Source: Candidatus Omnitrophota bacterium (lineage in GTDB: Bacteria; Omnitrophota; Omnitrophia; Omnitrophales; Aquincolibacteriaceae). From it: a stretch of 64,000 nt of DNA. Where the stretch lies: the NCBI GenBank assembly GCA_043732705.1, contig JAYTHE010000011.1, forward strand, positions 7,605-71,604, in the 5' to 3' direction. Position 1 is the stretch's first letter, and every line of letters starts with the position of its first letter. The position numbers and the translations under genes are program-made. The notes below the pieces were generated by a model. It was not told where the DNA came from, did no database searches, and worked only from the letters and a program-made list of their open reading frames with translations. Positions 28,860-37,548 of this stretch are shown here, piece by piece.

Positions 28860-29531
28860 TTACTCGAAAAAAATAAATGAATGGTCGCCGGTATAACCCG
28901 TCTTTTTAAACCACCACGCCCATTCTTCCGGCGTATTGAAAGCTTCACAGGTCACCTGCCAGTAAAGCAGATTGGCTTTTTCTTCTTCATTGCGGTAGGA
29001 CTCAACGCAAATATATTTATTTTTTTTGCCGACGCGTTCGATTTCGCGCAATGCTTTCTCCAAATCGTAGCAATGCAGATTGTGCAGCGTGTTAATCGAG
29101 AAAACAAAATCAAAATGCTTGTCCGGAAAAGGCAAAGCCGCGGCATTGCCGACTTTTAGCTTGCCGCGGATTTCTTCTTTACCGTTTTCAATCGCGTAGC
29201 GTGAAATATCAATGCCGCTGACTTCGATTCCTGGAACAACCTTGGTGAATTCAAAAAGCTGGAACCCTTTGCCGCAGCCCACATCAAGAATTTTATCGCC
29301 GGCCTTAATCCCGTATTGTTTAATCATGGCCTTTGCCACACTTTCCCAGCGGCCTTCCATATATTTATATCCGCCGTAACAAATGCGCCGATCACCGTCC
29401 CAATAATCGAAATCCCATTTTTTAGCCAATGCGGCAGCTTTGGCCTTTGGAAAATCAGGATCATTCACCCGGGCAAGATAATCCCGTTTGGTTTTATTGT
29501 GGTTTACTGAGATGAAGTCGATGTATGCCAT
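28860..29531 (-). CDS. Class I SAM-dependent methyltransferase
   Basis: Motif I ILDVGCGKGFQLFEF, followed by FDFVFSINTLHNL. Confidence 0.7.
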   Translation of the reverse strand: MAYIDFISVNHNKTKRDYLARVNDPDFPKAKAAALAKKWDFDYWDGDRRICYGGYKYMEGRWESVAKAMIKQYGIKAGDKILDVGCGKGFQLFEFTKVVPGIEVSGIDISRYAIENGKEEIRGKLKVGNAAALPFPDKHFDFVFSINTLHNLHCYDLEKALREIERVGKKNKYICVESYRNEEEKANLLYWQVTCEAFNTPEEWAWWFKKTGYTGDHSFIFFE

Positions 29532-29534
29532 GCT

Positions 29535-31127
29535 TTATTTTAATTTATCCAAGGAACCGAGAAGCTGTCCGGCCTTCTTGAGCTGTTCTTTCCGAGCTGA
29601 TTCCAGATCAATTCCCGCAAATTCCCTGCGCCGGCTTCCCACAGGCAGAAAGTGATTCAAAACGATACAGCACCATTTTATGCGATACAGCCTTAACAAT
29701 AAACGGATTCTTTGGGCGGTTTTAACTGGATGATCCGTCATTTCCGACAGGGTTTTAACGACACCATCCAGACATTCAACCGGCACAGGCAAAGCCTCCT
29801 GTGAAAAAAAATCACCTGCAGTTTTAGCGGGATCATCCCAACCGGCATATTCAAAATCAAGAAAAACAAATTCACCGGTGTTTTTTTTAAGCGCATTGTG
29901 AAACCCAAAATCTGAGGGAGAAATAATCCTATCACCGACAGCCAGCTTTTCATCAAGATCGATTTGCTTTGTTTTGGCTTCAGCCAGAATTTCCATTTCA
30001 ATCCTCTGAAAAGCAGGAATCAATTCATTGTTGATGAATCGTTTAGCATCGGCATCATCCACGGACTCAAGCCGTTTAATTCGGGATTTCAGCATATCCA
30101 AATGCTCCCGCACCGAAAAACAGGCTTCGGAGGCAAGCGGAAAATCCTGGCCAGCCCGGCTGCGGCAGTTATTCAAATCGATAAGAAAATCAAACGCTGC
30201 TTTCACGGCCGCGGAATTGATCTCCTCCGGAAGCAGCCTTTTGCCTTCAGCATAGGAATAAACCGCCAAATCATCCCGATCACTTCTGGCGATGGGACGC
30301 GGTAATGCTTTCACACCGTTCTTCTCAGTAAAATCAAGAAACGCATATTCGGTACTAAGGCGGTTTCTTTGGTCATCTTTATGCGTAAAATAATGCTTCG
30401 CAATGAATCTCCGCCCCTCTTGCTCCGCAAGATAGATACGATTGTTGCCGCCGTAAGGCAATTTTGCGATATTCCATTTCCCCTGAGGCAGTAAAGCGCT
30501 GATTTTTATTTTTAAATCATTTTCCGATTCAATATTTTCAAAAAAAGATTCGATTGCATTCCAGGAATTGCAAACCGTCACGCCCTTTTCCGGAACGGCA
30601 TTACAGGCAGGAGCAAAAAGAATTTTTTCCGCCCCGCCCGGAAAAAGTTTATCTGATAATAATTCCGGCAAATCATCGACAAAATGTGTGCAGGCGCATA
30701 CACCGATCTGTTTCAGTTTTTCTTCTTTGGTTTCTTTAAAAAAAACATCTTCGCGTGAAAAGCCATGAGCCCTCAGCCATTCCCACGCGGCCGCATGCAA
30801 ATCATGCGATTCCCCTTTATAAGGAGTACGGGTTTTATGGCTGATAATAAAAACCTGAATATTTTTCTTTTTAAGCGCGGCCAGACATTCCAATGCGCCG
30901 GGAAAAGCCGCAGCTTCTGACATGCGTGTTCCATAAACAAAACCCTGCATTTCAGTCCATGCGTCTTCTTTTCCGGTTTGGCGCAGGAAATCACGGACAC
31001 TTTCCTTAGTTTTGGAAATGTGTTCAGGAATCAACCCGCGTTCTAAAGCAACACGGTGAAAGACTTCGTCATAGCGGACAATCGTATTATCAAAATCAAC
31101 GCCGACAATCAGTTTCGCGGCAGGCAT
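29535..31127 (-). CDS. Fusion of an N-terminal HAD-superfamily hydrolase domain to a C-terminal protein-kinase-like phosphotransferase (APH/choline-kinase fold) domain
   Basis: The HAD motif I is VGVDFDNTIV (DxDxT). The C-terminal domain carries a Brenner-like motif FGFHNALKKNTGEFVFLDFEYAGWDDPAKTAGDF, in which the usual catalytic Asp appears replaced (HNALKKN rather than HGDxxxxN). Confidence 0.5.
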   Translation of the reverse strand: MPAAKLIVGVDFDNTIVRYDEVFHRVALERGLIPEHISKTKESVRDFLRQTGKEDAWTEMQGFVYGTRMSEAAAFPGALECLAALKKKNIQVFIISHKTRTPYKGESHDLHAAAWEWLRAHGFSREDVFFKETKEEKLKQIGVCACTHFVDDLPELLSDKLFPGGAEKILFAPACNAVPEKGVTVCNSWNAIESFFENIESENDLKIKISALLPQGKWNIAKLPYGGNNRIYLAEQEGRRFIAKHYFTHKDDQRNRLSTEYAFLDFTEKNGVKALPRPIARSDRDDLAVYSYAEGKRLLPEEINSAAVKAAFDFLIDLNNCRSRAGQDFPLASEACFSVREHLDMLKSRIKRLESVDDADAKRFINNELIPAFQRIEMEILAEAKTKQIDLDEKLAVGDRIISPSDFGFHNALKKNTGEFVFLDFEYAGWDDPAKTAGDFFSQEALPVPVECLDGVVKTLSEMTDHPVKTAQRIRLLLRLYRIKWCCIVLNHFLPVGSRRREFAGIDLESARKEQLKKAGQLLGSLDKLK

Positions 31128-32050
31128 CAGACAATTCGTTCTTTGAGGATTTTTGCCGTAATGGAATCAGCTTGAAGGCCATACTGAGCGCGAGCATAGG
31201 CTTGTTTGCCTAAAGTATTTAAAAAATAGTCGCCGGTCCCGAAGCGCAGCAGTCTGCATTTTGTAATATACCGGTCCGTCATCCATTCGGAAACTGCGCC
31301 GCCCAATCCGCTGATCAGGCTGTGCTCTTCGATGGTCACAAGGGTTTTAAATGTCTCCGTTGCTTTTTTCAGCAATTCCTCATCCAAAGGTTTTACCGTA
31401 TGGAAACTTTCCACGCGCACAGAAACACCTTGCTCTTCAAGCAGATTAGCTGTTTCAAGCGCCAAACTCATGACATTGCCTGTGCTTAAAATGCAAACAT
31501 CAGTTCCTTTACGAACCGTGATCGCTTTACCGATTTTAAAATCTGGCTCCTGTAAATGAATGTCGGGCTCACCTTTTTTACCAAGGCGCAAATAGACCGG
31601 CCCCTTCTGTTTTAAGGCTGCACGCAAAGCCAGGCGGATTTCAACCGGATCGCAGGGACAAACAATTGAAATATTGGGAAACATGCGCAGAAGACCGATG
31701 TCATCGCAGGAATGATGCGTCGGCCCGAGCTCAGCATAAGAAAGCCCCGCCCCTGTACCGGCGATAATCACCGGTACATTGTGATAGCACACATCCACGC
31801 GGATTTGCTCAAGGCAGCGCACAGTCGCAAAAGACGTAATGGTATAAGTCACGGGGCGAAAACCGTTCATGGCCAATCCGGCAGCCATTCCGGTCATGTT
31901 GGCTTCAGCGACTCCGCAATTGTAAAAACGCCCGGGCGCGGCCGCTTTGAACTCATCAAAAAGCTTGTTCCCGATATCTCCCGCGAGCAGCACAACCTCA
32001 GGGTTTTCAGCAGCCAGTGCAGTAAGCTCTTTGGCAAATGCATTTCTCAT
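31127..32050 (-). CDS. Transketolase, C-terminal (pyrimidine-binding/C-terminal) subunit of a split transketolase
   Basis: MRNAFAKELTALAAENPEVVLLAGDIGN matches transketolase Pyr-domain starts. The start was trimmed to the Met whose ATG overlaps the upstream stop (32050/32052). Confidence 0.75.
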   Translation of the reverse strand: MRNAFAKELTALAAENPEVVLLAGDIGNKLFDEFKAAAPGRFYNCGVAEANMTGMAAGLAMNGFRPVTYTITSFATVRCLEQIRVDVCYHNVPVIIAGTGAGLSYAELGPTHHSCDDIGLLRMFPNISIVCPCDPVEIRLALRAALKQKGPVYLRLGKKGEPDIHLQEPDFKIGKAITVRKGTDVCILSTGNVMSLALETANLLEEQGVSVRVESFHTVKPLDEELLKKATETFKTLVTIEEHSLISGLGGAVSEWMTDRYITKCRLLRFGTGDYFLNTLGKQAYARAQYGLQADSITAKILKERIV

Positions 32051-32051
32051 T

Positions 32052-32876
32052 TTAAGCCAGCCCCAATTCTTTTTTTGCGGCCTGGATCTCTTCAGCCTTC
32101 GGAGTGCGGTAATGCCAATTGTTGTTATCTTCCATAAAGGAAACACCTTTTCCTTTTACGGTATGACAAATAATCGCCACAGGTTTTCCGGAACCGTCCG
32201 GTATTTTTGAAAAAAGATTTACCAAGCCGGAAATATCGTGGCCGTCTGTTTCATAAGCGCTCCAGCCAAAAGTTTGCCATTTCTCTTTGAGCGGATCCAA
32301 TGCCATGACTGATTGACTGCGGTCAGTTGCCTGCCATTTATTAAAATCAATAATGACACAAAGATTGGAAAGTTTTTGTGCCCCCGCGAAAAGCGCAGCC
32401 TCCCAAACTGAGCCTTCATTGCATTCGCCATCACTCATTAATGCAATAATCTTATTCGGGTTCTTTTTGATGCGCGATGCCAAGGCCATGCCCGTGCCGA
32501 TCGGTAAACCATGGCCCAAGGAACCCGTTGCCGCCTCAATTCCCGGCACGCCATGCGCGGGCGGATGTTCAGCAAATAAACTTCCGTCTTCGCCATAATG
32601 ATCCAATTCAGAAAACGGGAAAAATCCGCGCATCGCAAGTAATTGAAAAAGCGCGGGTGCGGCATGCCCCTTGCTTAATAAGAAGCGGTCTCGATTGTCC
32701 GCTGTGGGATTTTTGGGATCAACATTCAGCGGCCCCCAATAAAGCGCCGTTAAAATATCTACGCAGGAAAGGCAAGAACCTAAATGCGGGATCTTCGCCT
32801 TCCCTGAGGTTTCAATAATTCTAAAACGCAGTTCCGCCGCAATCCGCCCAAGATCAGTAACTTCGCGGGTTGTCAT
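32052..32876 (-). CDS. Transketolase, N-terminal (TPP-binding) subunit of a split transketolase
   Basis: TPP-binding region GSLGHGLPIGTGMALA followed by ALMSDGECNEGSVWEA (GDG...E...N-type motif). The 274-aa length matches a split TktN. Confidence 0.75.
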   Translation of the reverse strand: MTTREVTDLGRIAAELRFRIIETSGKAKIPHLGSCLSCVDILTALYWGPLNVDPKNPTADNRDRFLLSKGHAAPALFQLLAMRGFFPFSELDHYGEDGSLFAEHPPAHGVPGIEAATGSLGHGLPIGTGMALASRIKKNPNKIIALMSDGECNEGSVWEAALFAGAQKLSNLCVIIDFNKWQATDRSQSVMALDPLKEKWQTFGWSAYETDGHDISGLVNLFSKIPDGSGKPVAIICHTVKGKGVSFMEDNNNWHYRTPKAEEIQAAKKELGLA

Positions 32877-33815
32877 TTAAAACGAAAGCTTCTTCATGGT
32901 TTTGATGTTATAGCAGTTCTCTTCATCTTTAAGGCTTCCCCCGCGGTAAGCATCTATCACTTCCTTGATCGCATCCGCCACGGTGCACTCTTGTTTGAAT
33001 CCGGTCGCGAGCAATTTGTCTGAGTTCAGGCGGTAAGAACGGGGATCATTGGATTCCGTGACGATGATTTCAACCGGGATTAATTTCGTCACGCGCTGCG
33101 CGATATCCATAATGGAAATATTTTCAAATCCGGCATTAAAAATACCAGTCTTTTTGGTTCCCAACTTTAAAAAATGCAGATAAACGCCGATCATATCTTT
33201 AAGATTGATATTCGGGCGCACTTGAGCCCCTCCAAACACCGTAATCTTCCCTTTCGCAAGCGATTGCATCGTCAAAAGATTGACGGAAAGATCAAGACGC
33301 ATTCGCGGCGATACGCCACAAACCGTGGCGGGACGAATGATTTGAACGGCGATTTTATCTTGATAACTTAAAAGCACGCGCTCGCTGATCATTTTTGTTT
33401 TGTTATAATCCGAAATCGGTACCAATGAAAGCTCTTCCGTTACTTGCGGCTCGTCTTTAACTCCGTAAACGCTGCCCGAGCTGGCATAGATAAATTGCTT
33501 TACGCCGCTTTGAATCGCTTTTTCGACGAGAGTCATCGTGGCAAGCACATTGACTTCCCAAGCAAGTTTGGAATTCAAATCGCCGCAGGGGTCATTCGCC
33601 ACATTGGCCAAATGAATAATCGCATCGACGTCCTGCATCGGAATCTTTTCGGTATTGCGAATATCTTCTTTGATAATCGTCAGCTTCGGATGTGGTTTCA
33701 AATAATTACCAAACCACATAATGTCGACGCCGATAATCGTGTGTCCCTGTTCAAGAAGCGTCTGAGTTAAAACAGTGCCGACATAACCGCAAGCACCCGT
33801 AACAAGAATATGCAT
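32877..33815 (-). CDS. NAD-dependent epimerase/dehydratase (extended SDR; could be an HldD-like heptose 6-epimerase, but this is not assignable)
   Basis: ILVTGACGYVGTVL Rossmann motif, YASSGSVYG, and a YNKTK YxxxK motif. Confidence 0.7.
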   Translation of the reverse strand: MHILVTGACGYVGTVLTQTLLEQGHTIIGVDIMWFGNYLKPHPKLTIIKEDIRNTEKIPMQDVDAIIHLANVANDPCGDLNSKLAWEVNVLATMTLVEKAIQSGVKQFIYASSGSVYGVKDEPQVTEELSLVPISDYNKTKMISERVLLSYQDKIAVQIIRPATVCGVSPRMRLDLSVNLLTMQSLAKGKITVFGGAQVRPNINLKDMIGVYLHFLKLGTKKTGIFNAGFENISIMDIAQRVTKLIPVEIIVTESNDPRSYRLNSDKLLATGFKQECTVADAIKEVIDAYRGGSLKDEENCYNIKTMKKLSF

Positions 33816-33831
33816 TTAAAATCCTCTTTCT

Positions 33832-34839
33832 TTACGCTTTATGCGAATAACTCAAAGGTTGTTTTTTAATTTCAGCAAGATTGGTCTTGACCCAGGCAAT
33901 CGTTTCGTCGATCCCATGTTCGAGCGAAATCCGGTCTTCCCAGCCAAGCTCTTTTTTGGCTTTCGAACTATCTAAAAGATACGCTGCATCTTTACCGGGC
34001 CGGTCTTCTGTGATTTTAACCGCATCCTCAAATTTGATATTGAGTTTAACTGTAATCATTTCCACGATTTGGCGGATTGAAATATTGCGAGTTGTTGAAA
34101 AATGATAAATCCCGCCAGCCTGGGCGCTGCGCATAACACGCAAAGTACCTTCTGCAACGTCCTTCATGTGAATAAACGAACGGACCGAATGGCCGCCGCC
34201 GTGCAACTGCAGCTTTTGTTCGGTAAGACAAAATAAAACAGTTCGCGGAATAATCCGGTAAAGCTGCTGCCCCGGGCCGTAAACATTGGCCGCACGCGTA
34301 AAACAAACCGGAAAATCGTAATTTTTAAAGAAAGTCATGAGACTCATATCCACAGCCGCTTTGGAAACGGCATAGGGTGTGCTGGGATTGTAATGCGTGC
34401 TTTCCTGCACAAGTCCGCTGCAGCTGCCGTAAACTTCCGGTGTTGATATATGCACGTATTTCTTAAGAAAAGCACATTTGCGCAGAAAATCATGCAATCG
34501 CACCGTCGAAACAACATTCGTCATCATCCAATGCTCAGGATTCTGCCAGCTTTCCGCCACCATGCTTTGCGCGGCAAAATTGACAACGTAATCCGGTTTA
34601 AAACTTTGGATCAAATCCGTGATTTTATTTAAGTCGTTATTAATATCCGCGGAGTGGAATTGAAAACGTTTTTGATTTTCATCCCGCAGCCAGCGATAAG
34701 GCAAAAAAACCCGGGCGGGTTCTTTTGAGCGGCTTACACCGGCGACTTCAGCGCCCGCTTCAAGCGCTTGCGCGGTAAAAGTAGCGCCTGAGAAAGAATT
34801 ACTGCCGATGACTACTATTTTCTCCAAAGCGCCGCTCAC
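33832..34839 (-). CDS. NAD-dependent epimerase/dehydratase (extended SDR; NDP-sugar dehydratase/reductase-like)
   Basis: IVVIGSNSFSGATF Rossmann-like N-terminus, STPEVYG, and a YAVSKAAVD YxxxK motif. Confidence 0.7.
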   Translation of the reverse strand: MSGALEKIVVIGSNSFSGATFTAQALEAGAEVAGVSRSKEPARVFLPYRWLRDENQKRFQFHSADINNDLNKITDLIQSFKPDYVVNFAAQSMVAESWQNPEHWMMTNVVSTVRLHDFLRKCAFLKKYVHISTPEVYGSCSGLVQESTHYNPSTPYAVSKAAVDMSLMTFFKNYDFPVCFTRAANVYGPGQQLYRIIPRTVLFCLTEQKLQLHGGGHSVRSFIHMKDVAEGTLRVMRSAQAGGIYHFSTTRNISIRQIVEMITVKLNIKFEDAVKITEDRPGKDAAYLLDSSKAKKELGWEDRISLEHGIDETIAWVKTNLAEIKKQPLSYSHKA

Positions 34840-35408
34840 TTATCTTTTTGAGGACTTTGCTCGTAAAGCCATTGCATTAAACCATGCGCCACAATCAATT
34901 GAATGTCTTCGGCAATTTGCATGTCCTGAACCGGAACATGCACCGAAACATCAGCCATACCAAGCGCCGCACCGCCTGAATATCCCAAAATTGCCACAGA
35001 AGTCAGATTCATTTTTTTTGCGGTCTTCAAAGCGCTGATAATATTGGCAGAATTCCCGCTTCCAGAAAGAACAATCAACATATCCCCGGGGTTCGCAAGA
35101 ACTTCCAGCTGCCCTGAAAATATTTCGGCGTAAGCCACATCATTTGCGAGACAAGTCGTGATGGACTGATTGGCGGTCAGCGCATGAACCCTGAGCCCTT
35201 TGCCCTGTCCTTTGGCAGCCCCGTAAAACAGATCATTTGCAAAATGCAATGCATTCGCGGCGCTCCCGCCATTACCGCAAATAAAAACCTGCGCGTTCTT
35301 TTTCCAAACGGATAAAATCTTATCAAAAAATAAGGTGATTTTATCTTGTGGCAGCAGTTGCAGTGCGTCTATCAGCCGGTTGCTGTATTTGCCCATCGGG
35401 GTTGTCAT
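34836..35408 (-). CDS. gmhA: Sedoheptulose-7-phosphate isomerase (phosphoheptose isomerase, SIS domain)
   Basis: VFICGNGGSAANALHFANDL is the SIS/GmhA signature. The protein is about 190 aa. The start was trimmed to an internal Met (MTTPMGKYSN); the ORF-track start is at 35462. Confidence 0.8.
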   Translation of the reverse strand: MTTPMGKYSNRLIDALQLLPQDKITLFFDKILSVWKKNAQVFICGNGGSAANALHFANDLFYGAAKGQGKGLRVHALTANQSITTCLANDVAYAEIFSGQLEVLANPGDMLIVLSGSGNSANIISALKTAKKMNLTSVAILGYSGGAALGMADVSVHVPVQDMQIAEDIQLIVAHGLMQWLYEQSPQKDK

Positions 35409-35516
35409 AAAATAGCCTTTTTTATCGCCAAATGATCTCTGTCGATGGAAGGATATTAGCAAAAAGAGCCATTTAATGCCACCTTCGCAAACAGAGGGCT
35501 TTGGCAGAAGTATTCG

Positions 35517-37382
35517 TCAGGAACCGGCAGGTACTTTTTTCATGGCGGTGGTATAAAGCGGTAAGAGTTCCGAAGGTGTTCCTTGCCCTATCAGCTGCCC
35601 CTGATCAAGCCAAAAAAGATAGTCGCAAACTTCAACAGTGCTCAGCCGGTGCGCCACAACAATGCAGGTCGTTTTTTTTCTTAATGATAGAACCGTATCT
35701 TGAATAGCTTTTTCATTCGCCTGATCGAGCGAACTGGTCGCTTCGTCAAAAATAACAATATCCGGGTTGGCATAAAGCGCCCGGGCGATCGCAACACGCT
35801 GCGCCTGTCCGCCGGATAATCCCGTTCCATTTTCTCCGAGACGCATGCATATTCCGCCGCGGCCGGGGCTAATAAAATCAACAGCTGCTTTTTGACAGGC
35901 CTGCATCACGCGGCTTTCATCATAAGGTTTTCCCCATTCACTAAAAGCAACATTTTCTGCAATGGTCCCCGCCATCAAATAGGGATTTTGCGGAACATAA
36001 CCTACACGGAGACAATAAGCCGCGTGCTCTTCAGGCGACAAGCGCTTGCCATCCACGAGCATTTCACCCGCGGTTGGACTTAAAAGCCCGCTAAGTATGG
36101 TGATGAGAGTCGTTTTCCCAACGCCAGACGGCCCAACAAAACCAACCAGACTTCCCTTTTTAATTGTAAGTGAAACTCCGCTCAAACAATCTTGCGAACT
36201 TCCCGGATAACAAAAAGACGCCTGTTTTAAACTAATCTCGCGGCTAAAAGAAAAATTCATATCAGGCGGCGGTGGTATTTCCATAATATTGGTTCGAAGC
36301 GATTGGAGAACCTCCAGGCATTGTGAAGAAAAAGGTTTGTGCGCGCGAATCGACACCATCAAATTCACTACTTTATTGAGCGCCGGCAAAGCTCGCCACG
36401 CGGTTAACATCAGAAGAATAACAATCTTCGTAATATCCGCTATGCCGGCATGCCAAAACTTGACCAGCACCGCGATCGCAGCGCTGATAATCGCAAAGCC
36501 GCATACTTCCAACACCCAGGTAGGAATTGTCGATGCAATCGCGAGATAAGCCCGGGGCCGGCTGCCGGCTTGTGCGGAATCAGATACTGCTTTAAGAAAA
36601 ACCGGCTGCTGCCTGTAAATTAAAACTTCGCGTATACCCCGCAACGCATTCACGATCGCGGCATTTTCCCGGGCTGACGCCGCCGCAGAATTTGCTCCGG
36701 CTGTATCCACGCTTTTTCGAATCAGCTTATAGGTCAGCAAACCCGCGCCGCCCATAAAAAGATAAACCGATAAAGTTAAAGCCGGTGCGGCGCAAGTTAA
36801 TCCGATAAAAAGAAAAGCTGTTGTGATCACATAACTTTGCACATTCAATAAACTGGAAATCATCGCTGTGAGATTTCCCCGCCAGCCCATAACCTGAAAG
36901 ATCCTTCCGCTTTGACTTGATAAGTGCCAGCGATAAGGACTGTATAAAAACCGCCGCATTATTTCATCGCTAACTTCACTCGAAACTTGTTCCGAAAAAA
37001 CAGCGGTTTGCCAATGGCTAAGCGCAGTCAAAATATTTTTAATTAAAATAAAAAACACAATAAATAATGACATAAACAAAATAAAGTTTCTGTCGTCCGA
37101 ACACCAGGAAGCAAGCCGGGGAAACAATTCAAAGATTGGCCGGAGAAAAAACAAATTTTTAACTTGTTCAGGCGCCGAAATGGACGCGCTAAAAAAAGCA
37201 ATCACATAAATCGTAAGGGTTTCCAGCACGGCAACAGCCAGCATAAGCGTCCGCAGAAAAATCATCCGGCGGTTCAGCGCGGGAGTCAAAACTTGGCGGA
37301 TATCGCGGATGTCGTGGAACATCAGTCGCGAAAACGCCTGAACCTGCTCGATGACAATATTTGTTTTTTGAATTTTAGACAT
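35517..37382 (-). CDS. ABC exporter, fused permease-ATPase (MsbA/type I exporter-like)
   Basis: Six N-terminal TM helices. The nucleotide-binding domain carries Walker A GPSGVGKTT, signature LSGGQAQRVAIARAL, and Walker B IVIFDEATSSLD. Confidence 0.85.
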   Translation of the reverse strand: MSKIQKTNIVIEQVQAFSRLMFHDIRDIRQVLTPALNRRMIFLRTLMLAVAVLETLTIYVIAFFSASISAPEQVKNLFFLRPIFELFPRLASWCSDDRNFILFMSLFIVFFILIKNILTALSHWQTAVFSEQVSSEVSDEIMRRFLYSPYRWHLSSQSGRIFQVMGWRGNLTAMISSLLNVQSYVITTAFLFIGLTCAAPALTLSVYLFMGGAGLLTYKLIRKSVDTAGANSAAASARENAAIVNALRGIREVLIYRQQPVFLKAVSDSAQAGSRPRAYLAIASTIPTWVLEVCGFAIISAAIAVLVKFWHAGIADITKIVILLMLTAWRALPALNKVVNLMVSIRAHKPFSSQCLEVLQSLRTNIMEIPPPPDMNFSFSREISLKQASFCYPGSSQDCLSGVSLTIKKGSLVGFVGPSGVGKTTLITILSGLLSPTAGEMLVDGKRLSPEEHAAYCLRVGYVPQNPYLMAGTIAENVAFSEWGKPYDESRVMQACQKAAVDFISPGRGGICMRLGENGTGLSGGQAQRVAIARALYANPDIVIFDEATSSLDQANEKAIQDTVLSLRKKTTCIVVAHRLSTVEVCDYLFWLDQGQLIGQGTPSELLPLYTTAMKKVPAGS

Positions 37383-37514
37383 AAATAAATTGCCGATCGG
37401 TGCTATTTGGATTTTTCTTGCATCGAATTACCGCACACAAGCATATGATACACATTTTCTACGAAAAGATCTCCGCGCATACTACGTTAAAATGCAACCC
37501 CATATCGCTCGAGG

Positions 37515-37543
37515 TTGACAATTCTTCCCTATTCGACTAATTT
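37515..37543 (+). promoter_or_regulatory. Candidate sigma-70-type promoter (TTGACA-N17-TAATTT) directly upstream of the GT2 gene start
   Basis: A perfect -35 hexamer at 37515..37520, a 17-nt spacer, and a -10-like hexamer at 37538..37543. This leaves only about 5 nt before the ATG at 37549, which implies a leaderless or very short leader mRNA. Identified by eye only. Confidence 0.25.
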
Positions 37544-37548
37544 GCAAC

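Noticed and set aside
37408-37422. TGGATTTTTCTTGCA, resembling a sigma-54 -24/-12 element in the divergent promoter region
   Set aside because: The GG-N9-GC spacing is one nucleotide short of the consensus, and the TGGCAC core is poorly matched. It was not reported as a promoter, but a PWM scan would be worthwhile because rpoN is present.
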